From: Catajapyx aquilonaris
Lineage: Eukaryota
Assembly: GCA_000934665.2 (NCBI GenBank)
Contig: JYFJ02004458.1
Location: 1-32,037, forward strand
DNA length: 32,037 nucleotides
Reading direction: 5' to 3'
How positions within the stretch are numbered: position 1 is the first letter of the stretch; every line of letters starts with the position of its first letter. The notes under the pieces were generated by a model. That model saw only the letters and a list, made by a program, of their open reading frames with translations, did no database searches and was not told the origin of the DNA. A program made the translations under genes and the position numbers. Shown here piece after piece: positions 22,514 to 32,037 of this stretch.

Positions 22514-23505
22514 TCACATATGTGTTATACACATGTCAGCTTTTCCCTGCAAGTCCTTTGTTTTTTGATGCTCATCCTTCATTCCCTGCACAGTGTCTGG
22601 TATCTTCAGTGTCCTGGTGTCAGGTAGAGTGGAGCAAACTACACAGGATGCTATGAAGGAAACACCAAACACAATTGTGCATAGTTGAGGATACTCTCTG
22701 GCCATTAAATCAACTGCAAACGTAGCTGCAATGGCTCCAAAGCGGCCAATCAGAAGAAGAAAACCTATGGCCACATTTCGTAACTGGGTTGGAAATAGTT
22801 CTGAGGTCATTACCACAGAGCTTAGAATGGAAGTATTGGATGCAAATATTGCTAAAAACAACAACACCTGAGACATCCACCAACCTCCAAACTCCCATGA
22901 ACCTATAATAGTAGCAATTCCTCCCAGAGCACAAACTCCACTTAATGTCCACTTTCTTCCAAACCTCTCCAAAGTCCACCATGATGTTGACAGAGTTGCT
23001 AATTGACTCATACCAGTTAGAACCAATATGGAAATAACGTCTCCTTTGTCCTTAGATGCAAGATATCCTACTCCGTAGGTAAAAAAGAAGATAGCTATAA
23101 AACAGAAACTCATCCTTAGTGTGCGTGACCTCAATGGTGCCCATGTTACTAATGACCAACTTTGACCTCCAGCAGGGTTGGAATCTGAATATGTTCCCTC
23201 AAGGAGTGATTTAAGTTCAGTTTTGTCCAATGGTGGATCAACATGATTGACTTGTGAGGCCTTGAAGAGGACAGAGGTTGCTTGGTTAAGCTTCCCTCTA
23301 GCTAATAGCCATCGAGGTGACTCAGGTAGAAGAAACCAATAGAGAAAAGCCATAACCAACAAGGGAGCTGAGATCACTAGCTGTAAAGGACGCCAGCGAC
23401 GTAACTGAAAGACTACCAGGGCAAGTCCAAGTGTTCCCACTGCATTTCCAAGTCCATAGAGGCTGCTCCAGAGGGGCCTCTGGCTGGTGCTCACAGATTC
23501 CAACA
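22514..23505 (-). CDS. SLC22/organic cation transporter-like MFS protein, exon 3 (last)
   Basis: Motifs WRPLQL, LPESPRWL, ERFGRK, ELFPTQLRN, LPDT; acceptor ccttcag|TG (phase 1); stop at 22514; minus-strand AATAAA signals near 22410. Confidence 0.95.
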
Positions 23506-23965
23506 CTGAAGGAATGTGTAGCAATATAGTCAGTAAATCAGCCACACCATTCATTACCCCTAAAACTTTGCTGCAAGTATTACCATAATTCAAGTGCCAT
23601 ATGACACTGACAGATAACTTGCATTGCCAACATATCTCATGTTGAAATAATTGTGCTCATAAAACCGCGCACTACAAACACATGCAGAAAAAGTGTCTGT
23701 TCAAGCAATGAACCAAGAAACTTTCCCCAGCATTAAATAAACTTGCACCATTACCATACAGTTGTTGTCATAACACAAGATCAGATAACATGGCTTTAAC
23801 AAAGACTGTTCTTGTAACCAGTTATACTTTATACCTAATGCAGTAATGCAGGTGTTTAAAATAATCCAATGAGAAATGCAGTGATGAACTGTTCCTTGTA
23901 CAAGCATGCATGAAAGTAAGAATCCTGGGACATATGAATGACATGATACAGAAATTTTTACTTAC

Positions 23966-24120
23966 TTAGTGTGTATGAACATGTGAATGCTCCTCCGTGA
24001 CCAAATCCAGAAAGCAGCCTGAGTGGCAGGTATGCATAATAAGTAGGTGCAAATGACAATGAAACTGCACTCACACCCCATAACAACAATGCTGCTGTGG
24101 AGGCACTTTTCCTTCCATAT
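23966..24120 (-). CDS. SLC22-like transporter, exon 2 (absent from the ORF track)
   Basis: Acceptor aattgcag|A completes motif A (SDR-YGRK); encodes YGRKSASTAALLLWGVSAVSLSFAPTYYAYLPLRLLSGFGHGGAFTCSYTL; donor A|GTAAGT (phase 1). Confidence 0.93.
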
Positions 24121-24433
24121 CTGCAATTAGAGTCATTATGAGTAAGCCATTTGAAAAAATAAATAAGAAGGGCAGATTTGAGCTGATTTTGCTGCTTCCA
24201 AAGGAAATGAAAAACAAGAAACTTCTCAATGAGGATAAAATTAATTCATTTTTATCCATATGCTACACTTATTTCTATAAGGTGAAAATAAGATCATGTT
24301 GTTGCTAAAAAGAGCAAGCTGTGTACTGAATAACTTTTCACTGCATCTTGGCTGATTAGGAAGACATCTGCCATCCACCAGTTATTTGTAATACATGTAA
24401 TTATTACCCAGCACAAATCAGTGATGTAATTGA

Positions 24434-24502
24434 AGAGCGATTTCCCAAAACAAGTTCAGTCCCATATGTTTCAATTGGACTGAACTTTTGTGAAATCGCT
24501 CT
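24434..24502. repeat. 69-bp hairpin/mini-MITE in SLC22 intron 1
   Basis: AGAGCGATTTCCCAAAACAAGTTCAGTCC ... GGACTGAACTTTTGTGAAATCGCTCT. Confidence 0.7.
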
Positions 24503-24596
24503 ATTACAATAATATTGTGATATATTGAGAAACTGAACTAGAAACCATGAGAAGTTCAGTGCACAGCTTGGAAGGCACGAGAAAATTGACATAAAT

Positions 24597-24871
24597 GGCT
24601 GTTTCACAAATTCATCAGCTATTATAAGTATAAGTGCTGGAAAAGCGAGCAGTGGAAATTCATAGATGTCGTGGTAGTACTGTGACAAATGGCCATATAG
24701 TGGGGGAATTGCTGCAGTCCAACCCTACAGCAATGGAGATTGAAAGTCTCATTACTGTCCATCAGAATGTGCTGCCTTGGAGACAGGGTTGATATGCTCT
24801 TGAATTGCCCATTAGCTGCTGCTTTTCCACTTGCCACTGGTCTCACCCTTCACTGAATTTGTGAAACAGCC
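24597..24871. mobile_element. MITE with perfect 18-bp TIRs (Harbinger-like ends) in SLC22 intron 1
   Basis: GGCTGTTTCACAAATTCA (24597-24614) and TGAATTTGTGAAACAGCC (24854-24871); TSD unclear. Confidence 0.7.
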
Positions 24872-25396
24872 TACCATACATGCAGGGGAGTAATATGCTC
24901 ATCTGGCAGTGTATCATCTCTTTTGACTGTTAAGACAGCACAGTACATTGTGTTATGCAATATCAAGCCATGGCCAAAGAAAATTTTGCATAACTCTATA
25001 CGCAAACTAGAAATTATGGAAAGCTACTGTATTAAAGGACATTTTTTTTTTTTTAAAAAAAAGAAGGGTGTGGAGCATCGAAGTCAAATCAGGCCATATT
25101 GCATCAAAATTTCATGGCCATTTCATAATGGAAAAATTAATTCTTTCACATTGCACATTTCAAGACCTGAATTTCACAACTCCAAGCAGTATTAAAATAC
25201 TGTTTCACTCTTTTGCTTCTGATATAATTAATTGTGATATCCACTAATAAAAACTTGTGTACCCAAAAGAAAATTCAAATTTGGAACACCTCCATGTAGG
25301 CAATATCCTAATTTTTTATTCCCCATTCCTATCACGGAACTAATGAAGAAAAAAAGCTTAGGACACAGAAAATAAATGTCAGTAAGAAAAGTGTAC

Positions 25397-25779
25397 CTGT
25401 CTGAGAAGAGTCCAAAAAGAAACGACCCCAATGATAGTCCTGCAATATTAAAATTCTCCATAATAGGTCTTAGAGCCGTCCTGGAGCAAACCAGACTCCA
25501 TTCACTAACAACTGTCTCCATGAAGAAGCTCTGGTCAAATTCCCAGTTCTGGCATTCCTCCAGGTCCAAGTAGCATCGGGAAGAGTTAGCCCCTGGGTCG
25601 CCCCCAGTACACCAGTGATCCGGCTCTCCCTGGAGTGCCAGGAAGGAGTTGAAATGCAGAAAGGCAAGGGCACATTGGGAGGTGGTTAGTAACAACACTA
25701 GTCGCTGCCATCTTCCACCACATACACCCTTGCAACCAACAAGGCTCAAGACGCCTTCAAATCCACCTGCAATTCCCAT
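25397..25779 (-). CDS. SLC22-like transporter, exon 1
   Basis: MGIAGGFEGVLSLVG...GRWQ, PDHWC, WEFD...TVVSEWSLVC and GLFSDR are SLC22 hallmarks; donor AG|GTACAC (phase 2); joined CDS is 1530 nt = 509 aa. Confidence 0.93.
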
Positions 25780-25946
25780 CCTTGCAGTATTGAATCTGAA
25801 ATCTACTCTTCCTTTGCGCCTTTCTCTTGTATTATGTAAGTACACTGTCAGTCACTGGTCTTTCACCTGAAAACTCATTCTTGCATACAATCAAATGCAC
25901 ATGTCTATGCAACAAGATTTAACCACTTGCTGCCTGTCAGAGCTCA

Positions 25947-25952
25947 TTTATT
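25947..25952 (-). terminator. Candidate poly(A) signal AATAAA of the BTB gene
   Basis: TTTATT on the + strand; the only canonical hexamer I found between the BTB stop (26439) and the SLC22 ATG (25779). Confidence 0.55.
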
Positions 25953-26438
25953 CCTACATAATCCTTTCTTGCGTACTGAATATGGAGAAAAAAAAAATAC
26001 AACAACAACCGCCTAGTAGTCCATCATACAGTATCACATGCCTTGCACAGGAATAATGGAAAAAAACTAACTTCATGTAAATGTCTGCAAAAGAGAGAGA
26101 ATGGATAACAGTAAAACGGAAAGGTCAACACTCACACCCATAATTGGAAAAAAGTGCACTTTTCAGTGCAGTACATGTGTCCCTTGCATGTGTTGAGTAA
26201 TGGGTGGAGTTACAGGTATAAGGGCTACAATATGTGCACATCTGGCACAGAATAACATTAATAAAAACCTCTCTCTTTACAATCCATATACACACTGCCA
26301 CAATAACTTCATGCAACTCTGCCTCATAAGTAGTAGCTGAGGTGGGGAGGGAAATTAAACGTGAAAATCCATTCTTGCCAGCTGCACATATGATTATCTC
26401 TGTCCTGAAGGGATGCACAAGTGAAAGCAGAAGGAACC

Positions 26439-26627
26439 TCATGAAAGAAAGAAGTTGACGGCCCTGTTGACGTCATAGTCAGCAGCGAGAGCAACTCTGA
26501 CAAGCTCCTCCCGAGTGGCAGAGTCTCCTAAAACATCCCTCAGTTGCCCAATGCAATTCTCCAGGCGGGCTGAATCCTGGGTCAGAAGCAGCTCCTCAAC
26601 TGAACTGCTGTCAGATGCTTCCTCCGT
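26439..26627 (-). CDS. BTB/POZ protein, last exon, HBS1-N/CUE/UBA-like helical domain (absent from the ORF track)
   Basis: Acceptor tttttttag|ACG (phase 0); TEEASDSSSVEELLLTQDSARLENCIGQLRDVLGDSATREELVRVALAADYDVNRAVNFFLS*. Confidence 0.88.
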   Translation of the reverse strand, partial: TEEASDSSSVEELLLTQDSARLENCIGQLRDVLGDSATREELVRVALAADYDVNRAVNFFLS

Positions 26628-27323
26628 CTAAAAAAAATGTCCCACACATGAGTGAAGCAAGCAGCATCTTCCTTACTTAAAATTATGACAGCCTATAAGT
26701 GACCTTGCACCCTTTTTTTTGTAATGAGTTTCACACAAATTTTAAGTGTTGGCCACCTAAGCCATAAAAAGGGTTTGAGCAATCCAGTGTTCCAATCGTG
26801 GGTTTTGCAAACCCCCATTTTTCTGGGTTAGGTTCCTAATGTGAAGTAAAGCTACGAAGTGAGAAACATCTGCATGCCTGACGCTTTGTGCAGAGGTGCT
26901 GTGCATACCAAATCACCCGAGACTAAGATCAAATGTGCCAGGTGGTAGTCAGTGCAACCTCCCTCTCTCTGAAGCCAGATGCATGCCAAGTCACCATAAG
27001 CCAGAGATCAAAGTTCAGTCAATTAAGCTTACAATATGGGCTGCCATGTACAGCAAGAATAAGTACATCCCAAATATCAATTACAGGTTATAGACAATGG
27101 GGTGACCCTCCTTCAGTCAATAGGATGTGTGGTGCTTTGAAGGGCACCTCAAATTTCAAAATTCAAGGTTTTGTTTGTAACATGAGGTGGCTCTGGTGCA
27201 CTACTTGGTCACAAATTGTGGGGTTACACTAAAACCCCAAGTTTCAGAACAGCAGGTGGTGCTTTCCTAACCTCAACTCCTACATTTATCGCATGAAAAG
27301 CCATTAGTGAAAGGCAGTATTAC

Positions 27324-27683
27324 TTCTCTGACGCAGAGTCGGGAAGCCACTTCGTCTAGATCAGCCATGCTAGAGGAAGATGCAGCAGAGGCTGAGGCAG
27401 AAGCTGACGGTGGGGAATCATCTTCTGCTCCTCCCCCTTCAATAAGTGCATCTCCACCATCTCTTCCTCCACCAAGGAGAGGAGGGGTGTCTTCTTCCAT
27501 GCTGACCACTTCCATGTGCTTTGCCCTTGATCGACCTGACAACTTTCCACCAGGGCATGAAGATGAGGAGGACCAACAGCTGGAATGACTGCAAACTTCT
27601 TCTTGTAGCTCACGAGGAAGTTCTTCAAACAGATCGCTGCCCATCAGCTCTGAATTCCCAGACACAAATTCCACACACCATTT
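27324..27683 (-). CDS. BTB/POZ protein exon (BACK/3-box-like helices plus acidic Ser-rich linker)
   Basis: Acceptor atgcag|AAA and donor GAA|GTAATA, both phase 0; KWCVEFV...SDLFEELPRELQEEV is typical post-BTB sequence. Confidence 0.88.
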
Positions 27684-28586
27684 CTGCATGTAAAAAGTAA
27701 GTTTCAGTGTGACATCAACAAAAAGCAATTAATTACATGTGAAAACATTTTGCTTGTTCACATTATGCAGTGTGACTTATGATTGAGTTTATTACATTCA
27801 AGATGAGAGCAGATAATTGAAGCACGTCTATATTTGTTAGTCAAGTTGTTTTAAGCTGATATAATGAGATCCCCCAGGTGGGAAATGCATGGGTGTGTCA
27901 ATATTTCCTAGTTGAATACCAAGATGCACACCAAGAGTCCATTTCCATTTCATGTTTAACCCTAAAGCCATCACCAATTTTTTTTGACTAAGATGACAAC
28001 CCAAATAAAAACTATGGTTCCACACATTCAGTAGATGATGCCTATGAACATGCTGGCAATTTTTAATGAAGCCATAATTTGGCAATATCCACCTCTGTTA
28101 TCTAATTCCCCGAGAGTCACAAAAATTACATCTTTCAACTAGCGCAGAATGGCTTCCTTTTCTACCAATTAGCTGGCATGGCCTAGGTGTGGACAAGTAC
28201 AACACTTATCATATTAACCTGTGAAGATGCCGATTAAAATATTTTAGAATGTAGTGCCATTTCTCAGGAGCACTAGCATAGTTGTCCAGTGCATCCCAAT
28301 TAACTGGGAAATGATTAACATGTCAGTCACATCATCTGGCCCAATATTTTTGAAGGTGAACAATTCCTAATAAAGCTATGATGCAGCCATGTAATAAAAT
28401 TAAAAAACAAAACAAAACAAAACAAAAAAAAATGGCATGTAATAATAGTCTACTTTGCTTCACCCACCCATTGGTAAAATTTCTCTCACATATTCTCAGT
28501 CACGCTTCAACAAGAGATTTTTTAATGGTACCTGAAGGCCTGCCAATGAAGCATATTCTTAGGCACACTCTAAATGTATGACTCAC

Positions 28587-29099
28587 CTTAAGTGAAGCTG
28601 CATTGTATCTGTCTGCCAGTCCCAGCATGTAGAGAGCCGAGTCTTCATCCACATGATCCTGGAGGGCATGCTCACATGTCTGCTTAAGAGAATCTAACTC
28701 GTAGCGGTCACTCAACAGTAACAAATCAGCCAGTTGCTCTGGACTCAGGGCTGGCAATGACTCCAGGTGGCCTCCATACAAGTATTCTAAAAACAAAGTG
28801 AACATAGCAGGATTGGTGTCATGCACCACTATTCTTTTGTCAATGGCCTCGCGCATTCCAGACAAGAGAGCACGTCGAAACCAGTCGCAGCGAGCAGCCA
28901 CTATCACCCGGTGAGCGCCAATACACTGGTGAGACTCAGGTGTCATTGCTGAGGAGCCATCGCCACTACCGACACCACCACACACAACATCAAAGACCAT
29001 GTCCGTTCCTTGCCCAGAACGAAGCAGCTGAAGGGCCTTTCTTGCCAGATTACTGTTCAGTGACTTGGGAGGTACACAGAGGCTCTCCACGAGACTCAG
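28587..29099 (-). CDS. BTB/POZ domain exon (Cullin3-adaptor type)
   Basis: TDMVF...AHRVIVAARCDWFRRALLSGMRE...FLEYLYGG...LLLLSDRYELDSLKQTCE; acceptor cccttacag|CTG, donor AAG|GTGAGT. Confidence 0.95.
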
Positions 29100-29217
29100 C
29101 TGTAAGGGGAAACATATGGTTTGCTTGATATTACTCACAGCAGCTTCAAGAAGTGATGCACAAGCTACAGTTTTATAATTCCATAGTCTCTCTTACTTTC
29201 ACCTTGACAAAGCTGAC

Positions 29218-29450
29218 CTTGTATCCATGATGCTTGGCAGCTGGTGAAGATTCCCCTGATGCAGAGCATGCAGGGGAGCTGGTGTTGGAGTCTCTCCGGT
29301 GATTGCAGTGAGACACCTGGTGAGGGGCTGGCTCAATCAGTCCGAGAGAGAGTAGACTCTGAGTGAATGCATCTCTCTGGACAACCTCACTGATCTGGCC
29401 CAAAACAGGATGGAGACTGTCGCGATGGGACACCAGCTTGCTCAGCACAC
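29218..29450 (-). CDS. BTB/POZ protein, upstream exon (earlier exons not located, probably beyond the window)
   Basis: Open frame VLSKLVSHRDSLHPVLGQISEVVQRDAFTQSLLSLGLIEP...; acceptor aagtcag|GT; phase-0 donors after 29218, 29203 or 29197. Boundaries uncertain. Confidence 0.7.
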
Positions 29451-29776
29451 CTGACTTTAGAGTACAAGGAAATGTCAATAACAATATTCCCTTGTATAAT
29501 TTTCATCCCCACAAGCTACATGTCCAAGCGTCATTATTTAAAGCACAGCATCTGCCTAACCAAAACTCATGCACAATGCATTAAGTCTTTGAATTGTACT
29601 GGCATCACAATTGGGTACTAATGGATGTCAACTATAGTAATGTAATTAACATCATCAGTACTATTCTGAATGCATTATACTGATTTTAGGCATATTACTA
29701 GATAATGTCATTAAAGTGAAATCTAATTCTTGTACCTACTCTTCAACTTGCATACCTGTATTGTATTGAGTCTAAA

Positions 29777-29814
29777 TTAACCCAGATATGCCTATCGTCC
29801 CCTATAGGGGACAC
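29777..29814. mobile_element. Single piggyBac-like terminus
   Basis: TTAA|CCCAGATATGCCTA followed by the perfect 16-bp palindrome GTCCCCTATAGGGGAC (29797-29812), the layout of MER75/MER85-type ends as recalled; the partner end was not found. Confidence 0.55.
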
Positions 29815-30366
29815 CTGCACAGATGTTATAGTTTAATTTTTTTGCGCAGGTTCTTCTGCTGCTGAAGAGCTGGCAGCAGTCACGTGTGCTTCAGTAGAGT
29901 CCCAGCTAACGATACATGTTCAAACCTGCTCAATATTGCTTCAGATTTTTAAGATACAGGTGTTTGAATTTTAACGCAGGAAATAATGGCTGCATTCACG
30001 TTCCGAATATGATTAATAATTAATTTTCAAATATTGTTGAGTGTTATGAGTTATTTATTGTTTGTAATAATTAGAAAAATGATGATGTCGATGGGAAAAT
30101 ATAGGCATATTTTTGACATTTCCTTGTCTGAGAGTAGTGTTGAAATCTGGGGTCCCCTCTGGGGAATGCAAGAGGCAAATTCAACCACATTTGGACAAGT
30201 AAAGTATGTGTGTGGATTTTGTACCCTTAGTTGAACTGTATTTTACTGAATCCATATAATTAAACCGAGATTACATGGAAATTGGTTAACATGGCAAACG
30301 TGGAAACAATCCTTGATTGTTGTTGATTGTGACTCAATTACAACCAAAGAGTTCTGCTATAATATA

Positions 30367-30885
30367 CGGGCGGTGTTTCCTGTAACTCTGTAAAGACTTG
30401 GAGGGATAATAGAAGGGACCAAGACAAGTATTTTTGACATAGGAACCTGTGTCTGGAAATGCCATCTAGAGGGGGTTCATAGACAAGGAACGGTGCGCTC
30501 AGACGTGTCATGCGGGAGGCGCTAGGTGAGCGGACTGTTTTCTTGATAGATGGCACGCAGTTGTTGCCAGGTTATGGCGTATCGCAACAACAGAACCGCT
30601 GTTTACTATCCTCGCGTATGCTAGGAGGCGGACTTTAGTTTCTAGATGGCTCTGTTGTTGCCAGGTAATGGCACATCACGTCGTTGTTTACTATCCAAGT
30701 GTCATCTATCAACAAAACAGTCCGCTCGCCTAGCGCCTCTTGCGTGACGTGTCTGAGCGCACCCATTCCTTACCTATGAACCCCCTCTAGCTGGTGTCCA
30801 ACCACTGGTGCACTGGTCAAAACTGATCATTTCTGTCTCCCCTGCACACCCTAGCAGTTTGTAAAGATAGCTTGGAAACACCCTG
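30367..30885. mobile_element. Tc1/mariner-type MITE, copy A
   Basis: TA|CGGGCGGTGTTTCC ... GGAAACACCCTG|TA; internal inverted arms CTAGAGGGGGTTCATAG...GCGCTAGGTGAGCGGACTGTTT vs AAACAGTCCGCTCGCCTAGCGC...CTATGAACCCCCTCTAG. Confidence 0.8.
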
Positions 30886-31129
30886 TATAATACCTAGAGA
30901 GAGCACTCGGGGTGAAATGTGAGGCAGGCTAACAATATGACCCAAGTAAAGATGGAGGACGCCTGACATTATGGGACTAATTATTATTGTCATCCCCGTT
31001 GTCATTATTGGTTGTTGTCCCAATTGTTAGAACAACAGTATGACCCAAGTGAAGATGGCAGCTGCCTCAGCCTGGTTAATGGGAAAGGATAGGGAGTACT
31101 TCCTCTAGGGTCTAGGTATACATAATATA

Positions 31130-31598
31130 CAGGGAGTTTCTGAATTCAGGGGACGAACTTGTAGGGGTGATGAGGGGGTTCATAGACAAGGAACAGGTGC
31201 GCTCAGACGCGTCAGGAGGGCGGTGTTAGCGAGCGGACCATTTAGTTGCTAGGTGGCACGTGGATTGCACACAACTTCGCAATTCACCATAACCTGGCAA
31301 CAACAGACCCACCTAGCAACTCAAGTCAGCATGCTAGGTAGCGTGCAGACAATAAACAACAGCCCAGTTGTTGCCAGGTTATGGCGAATTGCAAAGTTGT
31401 GTGCAATCCGCGCGCCACCTAGCAACTAAATGGTCCGCTCGCTAACACCGCCCTCCTGACGCGTCTGGGCGCACCCGTTCCTTGTCTATGAACCCCCTCT
31501 AGATGGCGTTTCCGGACACGGTTTCCTATGTCAAATATGTTTGTCTTGGTCCCCTCTATTACCCCTACAAGTTAGTCCCTGAATTCATTTACACCCTG
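31130..31598. mobile_element. Tc1/mariner-type MITE, copy B, related to copy A and inverted relative to it
   Basis: TA|CAGGGAGTTTCTGAATTCAGGGGACGAACTTGTAGGGGT ... ACCCCTACAAGTTAGTCCCTGAATTCATTTACACCCTG|TA; near-perfect internal arms at ~31172-31304 and ~31367-31499. Confidence 0.88.
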
Positions 31599-32037
31599 TA
31601 TTATAGCAGAACTCTTTGATTACAGCCCCTTCTTTGCACGGCCTGTTTCCGTGGCAATGCAATCGACAACAATCAATCATTGGTGATACTATGAAACTAT
31701 GGATATTGCTGAATTCCACTGTTGCCATGGTAATGTAATCAACAACTGTTATAGGGCGATTCCAGGACAGTTCATGCAAAATAAAATTGAAAGTTCACCC
31801 TCTATTTTTTAATGTTAATGAAATTTGGTACGATAATTCTCCAACAGGAATAGAGCACATATCAAATTTTTTTACATAAATACGTTCATTAGGTCGCACG
31901 TAATTAAATGGGCAAAAAACCCGTAAAAGTTGCAAACACATCGACAAATGACCCTATATCTCGTTAACTGCGTAGCCCACCGTTACATGTGATGTATGTA
32001 CGTGTTGGGCAAGATGAAAGGATTTCGATCATTGAAT

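Noticed and set aside
26785..27252. Possible hAT/Charlie-like element in the last BTB intron
   Set aside because: Ends are only weakly inverted and no 8-bp TSD is present.
29815..29935. Possible further upstream BTB exon
   Set aside because: All three minus-strand frames after the putative acceptor hit stops; the sequence follows a piggyBac-like end and is probably TE-derived.
1..32037. CRISPR arrays, rRNA or prokaryotic operon systems
   Set aside because: No regularly spaced repeat-spacer arrays or rRNA motifs; spliceosomal introns throughout show the DNA is eukaryotic.

Overview
Eukaryotic, animal-type genomic DNA, probably arthropod (inferred from gene style and TE content only), about 42% GC, with one N at 221. 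Five spliced protein-coding genes were reconstructed by hand with consistent splice phases. (1) A four-TM CD20/MS4A-like membrane protein (-, 3 coding exons, 337 aa). (2) Cytosolic endo-beta-N-acetylglucosaminidase ENGase/GH85 (-, 5 exons, 603 aa), whose first intron is GC-AG and which has an ~86-aa acidic Pro-rich insertion right after the catalytic NVE motif. (3) A secreted single-domain granulin (+, 2 exons, 141 aa), head-to-head with ENGase. (4) An SLC22/OCT-type MFS transporter (-, 3 exons, 509 aa). (5) The last four exons of a BTB/POZ protein ending in an HBS1-N/CUE-like helical domain (-); its 5' part was not located. The SLC22 start is only ~170 nt past the BTB gene's poly(A) signal. 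A splice donor and acceptor bracket that signal, so a dicistronic or read-through transcript is possible. Introns and intergenic DNA hold many small non-autonomous transposons: a tRNA-derived SINE with a perfect 14-bp TSD nested in a pogo-like element, several TA-flanked Tc1/mariner-type MITEs, Harbinger-like MITEs, a piggyBac-like end, and a ~1.4-kb composite inverted structure. The left 4 kb has promoter-like, apparently non-coding first exons of a minus-strand gene running out of the window. All homology calls are from motif recognition; no searches were run.
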